A DNA stretch of 64,000 bases from Actinomycetota bacterium. Lineage in GTDB: Bacteria; Actinomycetota; UBA4738; HRBIN12. Shown here in pieces: positions 9,722 to 18,472 of this stretch. The stretch lies in the NCBI GenBank assembly GCA_050696355.1, contig JBOGVD010000002.1:1741-65740 (forward strand), written 5' to 3'. Position numbers and translations under genes: made by a program. The stretch's first letter is position 1. Every line of letters starts with the position of its first letter. The notes beneath the pieces are model-generated. The model searched no databases. It saw nothing but the letters and a program-made list of their open reading frames with translations, and was not told the origin of the DNA.

Positions 9722-10729
9722 TCAGGCGGCGCGTTCGTCGAGGCGGAACACGGTGTTCGAGATGAAGTCCACGGTCCACAGATCCCCGTCGGCCGGGAAC
9801 GGGCCGAAGCCGACGAGGTCGCGCTGGTCCACGACCTCTCCGCTGCCGGTGTCGAGCTCGTAGATCGTGTTGTTGCCGGAGACCCAGTAGGAATCGCCGA
9901 CCACGGCGCCGCCGAACAGGGAGCCGTCGACCTGCAGGCGGTCGCGAACCTCCATCGTCCCGAGGTCGAATCGGAGGACGGTTCCCTCGAAGGAGCTGGA
10001 GACCCAGAGCAGGTCCCCGTCCACGGCGAGCCCCTCGGGTTCGAAGGATTCGAGCTCGATCTCTTCGACGACCGACCGGCTCCGGGGGTCGATGCGCACG
10101 AGCGCGCCGTTGGCCGCCGTCCAGATCTGGTCGCGCGCGAAGACCAGACCGCCGAGCGGTCCCTCCACGTCGATCCTCGCCAGGACCGCTCCCGACTCCG
10201 GGTCCATCTGGACCACCTGCTCGGCCTGCCCGGCGACCCCCCACAGACCGGTGGGGGTCGATGTCACGCCGAAGATGCCTCCCGGGATCCTGATCCGGTC
10301 GATCACCTCCCCCCGCTCGGGGTCGAAGGCGACGAGGGCGCCGGCGTTCGGCGTCTCGACCCAGAGCGTGCCGTCGCGCTCGAGCATGCCGCACGGCCCG
10401 CCGGGCATCCGGTACGTGCGGACCACCTCGTTCGCCCCGGGATCGATCTCGATCAGCTCGTCACCGTCGAACGCGGTGACCCAGACCCGGCCGGCGGCTT
10501 CGGTGAGGAAGCAGGGGCTCCCGTCGACGGGGATCTCCGCGAGAATCTGCCGGTCTGGCTCCTCGCTCGGCGTCGCGGTGATCGCCGGTGTGGGCGGTGA
10601 GGGGAACTCCCCGACCACGTCGCCCGAGCACCCCGAGAGCGTCGCGACGCACACGGCGGCTGCGAACGCACCCCGCCGGGGAGCAGCCGTTCGCCGCGAC
10701 GCCCTCCGCGCGAACCCGTCCCCGCCCAC
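9722..10729 (-). CDS. Lipoprotein with beta-propeller-type repeats
   Basis: 335 aa. It has a signal peptide with lipobox LSGC. Repeated short beta-strand units (G.LWV.., ..V.RID/ ..V.E.D) suggest a YncE/NHL-like propeller. Confidence 0.8.
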   Translation of the reverse strand: MGGDGFARRASRRTAAPRRGAFAAAVCVATLSGCSGDVVGEFPSPPTPAITATPSEEPDRQILAEIPVDGSPCFLTEAAGRVWVTAFDGDELIEIDPGANEVVRTYRMPGGPCGMLERDGTLWVETPNAGALVAFDPERGEVIDRIRIPGGIFGVTSTPTGLWGVAGQAEQVVQMDPESGAVLARIDVEGPLGGLVFARDQIWTAANGALVRIDPRSRSVVEEIELESFEPEGLAVDGDLLWVSSSFEGTVLRFDLGTMEVRDRLQVDGSLFGGAVVGDSYWVSGNNTIYELDTGSGEVVDQRDLVGFGPFPADGDLWTVDFISNTVFRLDERAA

Positions 10730-10790
10730 GCTCCTTGTACGTCATCTCGCACGGGACAGGCTCTGCGGTCACGAGGTCTATGCTCGAAGG

Positions 10791-11627
10791 GTGAGCCTCT
10801 ACCGACTCCAGGAGCAGCTCCCGATGCTCACCGCTCCCGTCCTGGTGGCCGCGTTCGACGGTTGGATCGACGCGGCGGGCGCCGCGACAGCCTGCGCGAA
10901 CCACGTGGCCGAGGACGGGCGGGTCGTCGCCTCGTTCGACGTCGACTCCTTGAACGACTACCGGGCCAGACGGCCGGTCCTCGACGTGGTCGACGGCGTG
11001 CTGGCGAAGATGCAGTGGCCCGACATCTTGCTGCGGCACGTGGCCGTGGGCGGCCGGGACATCCTGGTGCTCGTCGGCCCGGAGCCCGACTACAAGTGGA
11101 AGCAGCTCGGCGACGACCTGCTGGAGCTGGCGCTCCGACTGGGGGTCGTCGAATGGATCAGCCTCGGCGCGATCCCTGCGGCGGTGCCGCACACCCGGCC
11201 CGTCCCCGTCCTGGCGACCGCCTCGACCGACGCCTCGCTCCGAGACGGGGAGCAGCAGGGCCCTGGCGGGATCCTTCGGGTGCCCGCCGCGGCGCTCTCC
11301 GCCGTGGAGATGACGGTGGCGGCCGCCGGGATGCCCGCGATCGGCTATTACGCGCAGGTCCCGCACTACATCGGCGCATCGGCGTACGCGCCCGCCACGC
11401 TGGCGCTGCTGCAGCACCTGGAGCGGCGCCTGGGTGTCACCTTGCCGCTCCGGACGCTCGGCGACGACGCCGTCGCGCAGCGGCAGCGCCTGGACGCGGC
11501 GATCGCCGAGGACGACGACTCCAAGGAGTACCTCGCGCGCCTCGAATCGCTGGCGAGCGAGGAACGGATGCCCTCGGGCGACGAGATCGCCGCGGAGATC
11601 GAGCGGTACCTGAAGGAGCAGAGTTAG
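10791..11627 (+). CDS. PAC2 (proteasome assembly chaperone 2-like) family protein
   Basis: Start is GTG 10791 (alternative ATG 10824). The N-terminus L..PVLVAAFDGWIDAAGAA is typical of the actinobacterial PAC2 family. Confidence 0.85.
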   Translation: MSLYRLQEQLPMLTAPVLVAAFDGWIDAAGAATACANHVAEDGRVVASFDVDSLNDYRARRPVLDVVDGVLAKMQWPDILLRHVAVGGRDILVLVGPEPDYKWKQLGDDLLELALRLGVVEWISLGAIPAAVPHTRPVPVLATASTDASLRDGEQQGPGGILRVPAAALSAVEMTVAAAGMPAIGYYAQVPHYIGASAYAPATLALLQHLERRLGVTLPLRTLGDDAVAQRQRLDAAIAEDDDSKEYLARLESLASEERMPSGDEIAAEIERYLKEQS

Positions 11628-11653
11628 CCGGCGTTCGAGGGTAGCCTCCCGGC

Positions 11654-12098
11654 GTGGAGGCAGGCGTCGACGACCTCTGGACGTGCCCGCGCTGCGGCAC
11701 CCGCTTCGTCACCCGCAACCTGTCGCACGGGTGCGGGACTACACGGTCGACGGCTTCTTCGAGGAGAAGCCGGCGCGCGCTCGCGCGCTGTACGAGGTGC
11801 TCGTGCGGGTGATCGGCGAGCTCGGACCCTTCGAGCCGGTGCCGACCAAGACGCGGATCGCGTTCATGGTGCGCGTGCGGTTCGCCGCCGTGAACCGCGT
11901 ACGAGGGGATGGCCTCGTCTGTCACGCATGGCTGAAACGGCGGGTCGAGTCTCCCCGGTTTCAAAGGTCGAGCTCGTCGGACGGACCGACTGGATCCATC
12001 GATTCGTGCTCCGGTCCGAGGCGGAGCTGGACGACGAGCTCCGGGAGTGGATGCGCGAGGCCCACGACGTGGGACGCCAGACGCACCTCGCCCGGTAG
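11654..12098 (+). pseudogene. DUF5655-type protein gene interrupted by two -1 frame changes
   Basis: Three consecutive reading-frame segments together give one family-like protein. Segment 1: GTG 11654 ...WTCPRCGTRFVTRNLSHGCG. Segment 2 (frame shift near 11735-11738, GGG run): DYTVDGFFEEK...TKTRIAFMVRVRFAAV...RRVESPRFQ. Segment 3 (frame shift near 11962-11966, AAA run): KVELVGRTDWIHRFVLRSEAELDDELREWMREAHDVG...TAG 12096-12098. Confidence 0.7.
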
Positions 12099-12105
12099 CA
12101 GCTGG

Positions 12106-12858
12106 TCAGGCGACGGCGAGCGCAGCCACCAATGCCACCGTCTCCGAGAGCTCGGCGGTGGCTCCCAGGGTGTCACCGGTCATGCCGCCGAGATGTCGGC
12201 GCGACCAGCGCCTGATGAGCGCAACGGCGGCTGCACCGGAGATCACCATCGCGCCGAAGGCAGGTCCGACGGCGACGAGTCCGATCGCCGACGCGACGAC
12301 GGCCGCGGCGAGGCATCGGCCGATGCCGACGCCTCGGGTCCACGCGCCGGTACCGCTCGCCCCACCGGCGTAGGGCGTGGTGGCGAGCGCCACGATCGCG
12401 GCGGCGCGCCCGAGCGCGCCGGCCGCGATCGCCTCGAACGGGAACCGCGGTCCGACGACGAGCGCGCTCAGCACCGAGATCCGGAGCACGAGGTCGAGCG
12501 CGAGCGCCACGCCACCGAACACCCCGAGTCGTGGGTCGTGCATCGCCGGTGAGGGGTCCGCGCCGGCGAGCGACGCGCCCACGCCGTCCGCCGTGTCGGC
12601 GAGGCCGTCGAGATGCAGAGCGCCCGTGAGCAGCGCCCCTGCCCCGACTCCCAGGATCGCGGCGGGGAGCGGAGGGAGGACGAAGGCGGCCGCCCACGCG
12701 ATCGCCCCGGTCGCCGCTCCCACCGCAGCTCCGACGGCCGGGAACACGACCGTGCCGTCGCGCAAGCGTTCTCCGTCCTCGAGCCGGGCGGAACCGCCGA
12801 CCGGCACGGCGGTCAGGAAGCTCACAGCCGCCACCGCGGATCGGAACACGTCACGCAC
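12106..12858 (-). CDS. cobS: Adenosylcobinamide-GDP ribazoletransferase (cobalamin synthase)
   Basis: 250 aa, polytopic membrane protein. FLT..PV and HLDGLADTADG motifs are present. Confidence 0.92.
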   Translation of the reverse strand: MRDVFRSAVAAVSFLTAVPVGGSARLEDGERLRDGTVVFPAVGAAVGAATGAIAWAAAFVLPPLPAAILGVGAGALLTGALHLDGLADTADGVGASLAGADPSPAMHDPRLGVFGGVALALDLVLRISVLSALVVGPRFPFEAIAAGALGRAAAIVALATTPYAGGASGTGAWTRGVGIGRCLAAAVVASAIGLVAVGPAFGAMVISGAAAVALIRRWSRRHLGGMTGDTLGATAELSETVALVAALAVA

Positions 12859-13921
12859 GACTGACGCCCGCCCCTTCGAACGTCGCCATGTCGGTCAGGA
12901 TCGCCACCGCGGCCCAGACGATGGGGAGCGCGAGCGCCGCTCCCGACCCCTCGCCGAGCCTCAGCCCGAGGTCCAGGAGCGGGACGAGGCCCAGTCGCTC
13001 GAGGACGAGCGGATGACCCGGCTCGGGTGAGCGCGTCGCCGCGATCAGCGATCCGGTCACGTCCGGCGCGAGACCTGCCGCGACGAGGGCCGCAGCCCCG
13101 GTGACGAAGCCGTCCAGCAGCACCGGCACCCGCCGCGAGGCCGCGCCGAGCATCACGCCCGTGAGGAATGCGATCTCGAGCCCTCCGACCGAGGCGAGTA
13201 CCTCCACCGGCTCGGGCGCGCTTCTGCCCCCGCTGAGGTCGTTCGCGCGGAGGGCAGCGCGAACGATCTCCACCTTCCGTGCGACGCCCGGTCCGTCGAG
13301 TCCCGTCCCCGGCCCGCAGACGCCGGATGGATCCGCCGGAAGGAGCGCCGCGCAGACGGCGCTCGCGGCGGTGGTGTTCGCGATCCCCATGTCGCCGACC
13401 CCGACGATGCCGATCCCGCCGGCAGCGAGCTCTTCCGCCAGGGCGATCCCTCGGTCGATCAGCCCGACCGCGACTTGACGTTCCATCGCCGCGCCGCGCG
13501 CGATGTTGCCGCTGCCGCGGACACCGTTCACGGTGCCCGACCGCACCTCGTCGATACTGGGCGGATCGATCACACCGGCATCAACCACGACGAGCCTGGC
13601 GTCGGCCTCGCGGGCCAGCACCGAGACGGCCGCGCCGCCGCTCGCGAAGTTCGCGAGCATCTGCCCGGTGACCTCCTGGGGGTACGGACTCACCCCTTCG
13701 ACTGCCACACCGTGATCGGCGGCCGCCACGACGATCGCCGGCAGCAGCGGGGCCGCAGGGACCTCGCCACGGATCGCGGCGAGCCGGCGGGCGAGATCTT
13801 CGAGCCGGCCGAGGCTGCCCTGCGGCTTGGTCTTGGCATCGAGGAGCCGACCGGCCTCGCGCGCTGCCTCGTCCCGCGGCCTCGGGATCCGCACGAGGGC
13901 GGCGTCGAGCGTGGTCGTCAC
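12851..13921 (-). CDS. cobT: Nicotinate-nucleotide--dimethylbenzimidazole phosphoribosyltransferase
   Basis: 356 aa. Motifs: KTKP.GSLG.LE, GDMGIANTT, LGEGSGAALA. It overlaps cobS by 8 nt. Confidence 0.93.
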   Translation of the reverse strand: MTTTLDAALVRIPRPRDEAAREAGRLLDAKTKPQGSLGRLEDLARRLAAIRGEVPAAPLLPAIVVAAADHGVAVEGVSPYPQEVTGQMLANFASGGAAVSVLAREADARLVVVDAGVIDPPSIDEVRSGTVNGVRGSGNIARGAAMERQVAVGLIDRGIALAEELAAGGIGIVGVGDMGIANTTAASAVCAALLPADPSGVCGPGTGLDGPGVARKVEIVRAALRANDLSGGRSAPEPVEVLASVGGLEIAFLTGVMLGAASRRVPVLLDGFVTGAAALVAAGLAPDVTGSLIAATRSPEPGHPLVLERLGLVPLLDLGLRLGEGSGAALALPIVWAAVAILTDMATFEGAGVSRA

Positions 13922-14445
13922 GTCAGCGTCACGTCCTCCAATGGGAGCGCCCTCCCCGCGACCACCAGGAATGCCCGCTCGGCCTGGCTCACGAACGCTG
14001 CGTTCACCCGACCGAGCGTGTCGCGGTAGCGGCGGGCCAGCTCGTTCATCGGAACGACCCCGAGGCCGACCTCGTTGGTGACGACCAAGGACGGCGCGTC
14101 GCGTTTCGCGAGTGTGGTCGCGATCTCGCGAGCCTCGTCGACGATCTCGTCGTCGCCGAGACCGGCCTCGATCTCATTCGACACCCAGAGGGTGAGGCAG
14201 TCGAGCACGGCGAAGACCTCGGCTTCCAGCTCGCGAACCGCCCCGGTCACCGCGCGGGGGGCTTCGACGGTCTCCCAGGACGAGGGCCGCGACGCTCGGT
14301 GTCGACGGATCCGCTCCGTCATCTCCTCGTCGCGACCCTCTCCGGTGACGATCACCACGACCGGCCGTCCACTCGCCGACGCGAGCCGCGAGGAGAGCTC
14401 CGACTTCCCGCTGCGCGCCCCGCCGATGAAAACGGAGAGCCCCAT
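13918..14445 (-). CDS. cobU: Adenosylcobinamide kinase / adenosylcobinamide-phosphate guanylyltransferase
   Basis: 175 aa from ATG (cat at 14443-14445). It has the P-loop GGARSGKS. The NEVG.G.VP motif is present. It overlaps cobT by 4 nt. Confidence 0.9.
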   Translation of the reverse strand: MGLSVFIGGARSGKSELSSRLASASGRPVVVIVTGEGRDEEMTERIRRHRASRPSSWETVEAPRAVTGAVRELEAEVFAVLDCLTLWVSNEIEAGLGDDEIVDEAREIATTLAKRDAPSLVVTNEVGLGVVPMNELARRYRDTLGRVNAAFVSQAERAFLVVAGRALPLEDVTLT

Positions 14446-15014
14446 CAGAACTCGATCCCGCGCATCGCGGCGACGCCCTGCTCGAACGGATGCTTCACGT
14501 TCGCCATCTCGGTCACGGTGTCCGCCACGGCGCAGAGCGATTCCGGCGCGTCGCGGCCCGTCGCGACGACGTTCACCTGGGGCGGGCGGCCGCCGATCAC
14601 CTCGGCGACGTGCCGCCCGTCGATCCATCCCCAGTTGATCGGGTAGGTGACCTCGTCCAACACCACCAGCTCGTGCTCTCCGCGGAGGATCACGTCGCGA
14701 GCTGCGCGCCATGCCTCGCCGGCGATCGCCTCCGTCCGATCGATGTCGTCGGAGTCCCACGTGAACCCGTCGCCGATCGACCACCACTCGACGCCGAGCT
14801 TCCGTGCGGATGCCTCCTCGCCGGTCTTCCATCGGCCGTCCTTCACGAACTGCACCACGCACACGCGCCACCCGCGGGCGACCGCGCGCATCACGATGCC
14901 CATCGCCGCCGAGGTCTTCCCCTTGCCGTCGCCCGTGTGGACGAGCACGCGCGAAGGGAGCCGCTCGTCCGCCCGAGGCGGAGGCATGTCCGGCGGTCGC
15001 TCGGCAGGTGTCAC
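14445..15014 (-). CDS. cobO: Cob(I)yrinic acid a,c-diamide / corrinoid adenosyltransferase
   Basis: 189 aa. Motifs: TGDGKGKTSAAMG, QF.K, LDE..Y. The stop overlaps the cobU start (TGATG). Confidence 0.92.
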   Translation of the reverse strand: MTPAERPPDMPPPRADERLPSRVLVHTGDGKGKTSAAMGIVMRAVARGWRVCVVQFVKDGRWKTGEEASARKLGVEWWSIGDGFTWDSDDIDRTEAIAGEAWRAARDVILRGEHELVVLDEVTYPINWGWIDGRHVAEVIGGRPPQVNVVATGRDAPESLCAVADTVTEMANVKHPFEQGVAAMRGIEF

Positions 15015-15820
15015 GCCTCGCCCTTCTCGGAGACCGGGACGACGGCCCAGCCGATGTCCGCGTCGCCGATCACCCGGACGCTCGCCCCGAAGTGCTCGGC
15101 GATCACCGCCTCGTTGAGCACGTCGGTTCGGGAACCTGTCGAGACCAGTCGACCTTGGGACAGGAGGGCGAAACGCTCGGCGAAGCGTCCCGCGAGGGTG
15201 AGGTCGTGCATCGTGGAGAGCACGGTGAGGCCGTGCGCCCGGCGGAGCCCGTCCACGAGCTCGAGGACGCGGATCTGATGGCCGAGGTCAAGCCCCGTCG
15301 TCGGCTCGTCGAGGAGCAGGAGCGGCGCCTCTTGCGCGAGCGCACGGGCGAGCACGGCCCGCTGCAGCTCGCCGCCGGAGAGCGAGTCCAGACGTCGCGC
15401 CGCCGCCCATCCGAGCTCGAGCTGTTCGAGCGCGACGGCGACGGCGACGAGATCCGCTTTCCGCTCCGTTCCCAGGACGCCGAGGTGCGGCGTCCTTCCC
15501 AAAAGGACGTACTCCGTCACCCTGATCCCCTCTGGGATCACGGGCTTCTGCGGCACGATGGCGACGAGGCGCGCTCGCTCGCGACGAGGGTAGGTCCTCA
15601 GCTGGCGTCCCCACAGATCGACCCGGCCCTCGAAGGGGACAAGACCGGCCACGGCATGCACGAGAGTGGTCTTCCCGGCGCCGTTCGGGCCGATCGCGCA
15701 CACCCACGAGCCCGCCGGAACGTCGAACACGACGTCACGGAGGATCTCCTGTCCGCCGAGACGAACCCTCAGACCGACGACTTCGAGCGCCGGCGCGTCG
15801 CGGTTCGGTCGCAGCGTCAC
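15011..15820 (-). CDS. ABC transporter ATP-binding protein (FecE/BtuD class, corrinoid/siderophore type)
   Basis: 269 aa from GTG (cac at 15818-15820). Walker A GPNGAGKTT, signature LSGGELQR, Walker B LLLLDEP. There are 4-nt overlaps on both sides. Confidence 0.92.
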   Translation of the reverse strand: MTLRPNRDAPALEVVGLRVRLGGQEILRDVVFDVPAGSWVCAIGPNGAGKTTLVHAVAGLVPFEGRVDLWGRQLRTYPRRERARLVAIVPQKPVIPEGIRVTEYVLLGRTPHLGVLGTERKADLVAVAVALEQLELGWAAARRLDSLSGGELQRAVLARALAQEAPLLLLDEPTTGLDLGHQIRVLELVDGLRRAHGLTVLSTMHDLTLAGRFAERFALLSQGRLVSTGSRTDVLNEAVIAEHFGASVRVIGDADIGWAVVPVSEKGEA

Positions 15821-16830
15821 GCCGACCTCCCCCCCGCCCGTCGGAGCGCGAGCACGAAGAACGGCGCGCCGACGAACGCCGTGATCACCCCGATCGGGAT
15901 CTCCGCCGGCGCCACTGCGGTCCGGGCCAGCAGGTCGACCAGGATCAGGAAGGAGGCGCCGAACAAGACGGAGAGCGGCAGCACCTGCCGATACGAGGTG
16001 CCGGCGAGCAGCCGGACCGTGTGGGGGACGATGATCCCGACGAAGCCGATCAATCCCGCGACCGACACCGCCGCCGCCGTCGCGAGCGACGCGGCCACCA
16101 CCACCACCAGGCGGAGCCGCCCCACGTTGAGCCCGAGGCTCTCGGCCTCGAGGTCCCCCACCTCGATCACGTCGAGGAGACGGCGGACGAGCCAGAGGGT
16201 CGACACCGCGACCACGACGGAAGGGAGGGCGATCCGTGCGTCGTCCCACCCGGTCGTGCCGAGGCGCCCCAGGATCCACGAATAGACCTGTCGGAGGGTC
16301 TCGGCGTTCTGCTGCTGGATGAACGTCTGGACCGCGGTGAGGAACGACGCCACCGCGATGCCCCCGAGGATCAGGCTCGTCGACGATCGGCCGCCCAGGC
16401 TGGATCGCCCGAGCCCGTACGCCATGCCGACCCCCGCGACCGCTCCGATGAAGGCCGCGAGCGGCACGGTGACGGCGAACGCGGTCGCGGGACCGAACAC
16501 GACCGCGATGGTGGCTCCGAGCCCGGCGCCGGCGGCGGCTCCGAGGAGGTACGGATCGGCGAGTGGATTCCGGAACACGGCTTGGTAGGCCGCGCCCGAA
16601 GCCGAGAGCGATGCCCCCACCGATGCCGCGACGATCACGCGCGGGAGCCGCAGGTTGCCGAGGATCGCCGCCTGTTGCTCGGACATGCCGGGCGGCGGGT
16701 CGCCGAACGAGGCCAGCCATCGGAGCGCGGCGCCGGGAGCGATGTGGACCGGCCCGACGAGCAGGCCGGCCACCATCGAGACGAGCAGCAGCCCCGCCCC
16801 GAGCGCGAGCCAGCGGCCGCGACGGCTCAC
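15817..16830 (-). CDS. FecCD/BtuC-family ABC permease
   Basis: The ORF is 15817..16905. The start is placed at GTG (16828-16830), which overlaps the upstream stop (GTGA). The protein is polytopic, with PRV..A..VGA.L..SGA..Q...RNPLADP.LLG and a C-terminal GVITA..GAP.F motif. Confidence 0.9.
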   Translation of the reverse strand: MSRRGRWLALGAGLLLVSMVAGLLVGPVHIAPGAALRWLASFGDPPPGMSEQQAAILGNLRLPRVIVAASVGASLSASGAAYQAVFRNPLADPYLLGAAAGAGLGATIAVVFGPATAFAVTVPLAAFIGAVAGVGMAYGLGRSSLGGRSSTSLILGGIAVASFLTAVQTFIQQQNAETLRQVYSWILGRLGTTGWDDARIALPSVVVAVSTLWLVRRLLDVIEVGDLEAESLGLNVGRLRLVVVVAASLATAAAVSVAGLIGFVGIIVPHTVRLLAGTSYRQVLPLSVLFGASFLILVDLLARTAVAPAEIPIGVITAFVGAPFFVLALRRAGGRSA

Positions 16831-17771
16831 GCGGCCTGCGCCTCCGAGACGTCTGCGACCGCGGTCGCGATCCGGCGCAGGTAGTCGACCACCCGAGGTC
16901 CCCACCGCGAGGCGACGTCGTCGTCAAGCCGGATCACCCCATCGTGCACGACGGCATCGATCCGGGCCCAGCCGGGGCGCTCCGCCACGGTGCGCGGCGA
17001 CTGGCCGCAGCACCTCGTGTCGGCGAGGAAGATGAGGTCTGGGTCCGTTGCGATGATGTACTCAGCCGAGAGTTGCGGATAGCCCCCACCGGCGCCCTTC
17101 GCCTCGTCCGCGATGTTCCGGAGTCCGGCGAGCGCATACAGCTGGCCGATGAAGGTCGAGGACGTGACGGAGTAATAGGTGTCGTCGAGCTCGTGGTAGA
17201 AGGTCAGCGGCGGTTCGGGCGGCTCGATCGAGTCGACGATCGCATCGATGTCCCCTCGCATCTCCTCAACGACGGCTGCCGCCTCCGACGTGTTGCCCGT
17301 CGCGAGTCCCAGCTGGTCGATCTGCTCGTAGACGTCGTCGAGGCTGGCCGCGGCGTCCTGCTGCAGCGCGGGGATGCCGACGCCTTCGAGGGACGCGCCG
17401 AGGTCGCCCGGCTCCGTCGCGTAGACGACCAGGTCGGGCTCGTAGGAGGCGATCGCCTCCACGTTCGGCTCGAACCCAGAGAGGTCGGTCACGGGCGCCT
17501 CTGCCGGATAGCTCGACTGGTCGTCGACGGCCTCGACCTGGTCGCCGGCGCCGATCGCGAACAACATCTCGGTCGCGGTCGGGGAGAGGGACACGATGCG
17601 CTCGGGACGGTGCTCGAGCGTTACGTCACCGTTCGCCGCGGCGATCGTGATGGGGAAGGCAGCGGCAGGCGAGGACGTCTCCGGTGAGGCCTGCGGCGTC
17701 GTGGACTCCCCGCAGGAAGCGAAAAGGAGGAACAGCACGGCGGCGATACCGCCGATGCGGCGATGGATCAT
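16827..17771 (-). CDS. ABC transporter periplasmic-type substrate-binding lipoprotein (BtuF/FhuD class)
   Basis: 314 aa. Lipobox LFASC. The sequence RIVSLSPTATEMLFAIGAGDQVEAV is typical of class III (corrinoid/siderophore) binding proteins. It is the first gene after the cobalamin riboswitch. Confidence 0.9.
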   Translation of the reverse strand: MIHRRIGGIAAVLFLLFASCGESTTPQASPETSSPAAAFPITIAAANGDVTLEHRPERIVSLSPTATEMLFAIGAGDQVEAVDDQSSYPAEAPVTDLSGFEPNVEAIASYEPDLVVYATEPGDLGASLEGVGIPALQQDAAASLDDVYEQIDQLGLATGNTSEAAAVVEEMRGDIDAIVDSIEPPEPPLTFYHELDDTYYSVTSSTFIGQLYALAGLRNIADEAKGAGGGYPQLSAEYIIATDPDLIFLADTRCCGQSPRTVAERPGWARIDAVVHDGVIRLDDDVASRWGPRVVDYLRRIATAVADVSEAQAA

Positions 17772-17804
17772 GGCGCGTCTCCCTTCACGCGAAGGCGACG
17801 GTCC

Positions 17805-17975
17805 TCTCGCGCTCGGGCAGGTCTCCTGACTCCCGGATCCTCGCTCCCCGACCCTTCCCGGGCCATCCGCCCAGTGGTTCGTGTCGGGTTCGCTCCCCGG
17901 TCACAGTGGCGCGACCGTGCCGGATTCCCACCGGCTTCCCTCTTCGGGCTCGGACGGGATACGCCCGCCGAGCCG
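17805..17975 (-). promoter_or_regulatory. Cobalamin (B12) riboswitch; boundaries approximate
   Basis: The minus-strand RNA reads ...AGGGAAGCCGGUGGGAAUCCGGCACGGUCGCGCCACUGUGACCGGGGAGC...GGGAGUCAGGAGACCUGCCCGAGC. This contains the conserved GGUG.GAAUCC...GCCACUG core and the B12 box (AGUCAGGAGACCUGCC). A downstream CGUCGCCUUC/GAAGGGAGACG pairing can sequester the RBS 8 nt before the AUG at 17771. Confidence 0.9.
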
Positions 17976-18039
17976 TCCGGCCGCCGAAGCGGCCACTCGG
18001 GCACGTGAACCTATGTGCCCGGAGTCTAGCCCGAGCCGG

Positions 18040-18417
18040 TCATCCGTCGTCCGGCGCGCACCACGTGGACCGCTCGACCCTCCATCCCGGGTTCTGCGGC
18101 GCCAGGGTCATGGTGACGACCACGCTGTCCGAGGTGCGGATCTCGACCTTCTCGGAACCATCGGAGCCCGCGGCGCTCGCGACCACCCCCGCCGCGATCT
18201 CCTCATCGGCCGCCCGCCTGTCGATGCTCTGCAGTTCCGCGCGGATCGCGTCCTCCCGCGTGTCCGCGGCCGTGCCGTCGCCGTACCCACCCGTCGCCTC
18301 CTGGCGCGTCGTCCCCTCCGGGCACGCCGAGGCGTCTCCGGCTCCGTCCGATCCGGAACAGGCGACGGCGCCGACGAGGACCACAGCCGACACCGCGCGA
18401 CGGATCGCGCCCTCCAT
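18040..18417 (-). CDS. Small hypothetical lipoprotein
   Basis: 125 aa. Signal peptide with lipobox VACSG. High GC3. No recognisable domain. Confidence 0.65.
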   Translation of the reverse strand: MEGAIRRAVSAVVLVGAVACSGSDGAGDASACPEGTTRQEATGGYGDGTAADTREDAIRAELQSIDRRAADEEIAAGVVASAAGSDGSEKVEIRTSDSVVVTMTLAPQNPGWRVERSTWCAPDDG

Positions 18418-18472
18418 CCGAACACCTCCAGGTCTGTGGAGACCGTACCCGAGCGGGCTCTCGCTCTATGGG

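Noticed and set aside
11730-11970. Programmed ribosomal frameshifting as an explanation for the split DUF5655 gene (and for the HTH-TOBE gene at ~32730)
   Set aside because: There is no slippery heptamer or downstream pseudoknot-like element at the junctions. Two shifts would be needed in one small gene. Indels in homopolymers, whether mutational or technical, are the simpler explanation.
15821-16927. N-terminal 369 codons of ORF 15011..16927, and likewise the 5' part of ORF 33527..35554
   Set aside because: These open frames extend upstream, out of frame, through the neighbouring permease genes. The true ATPase genes begin at the GTG/TTG codons that overlap the upstream stops (15820 and 34454).
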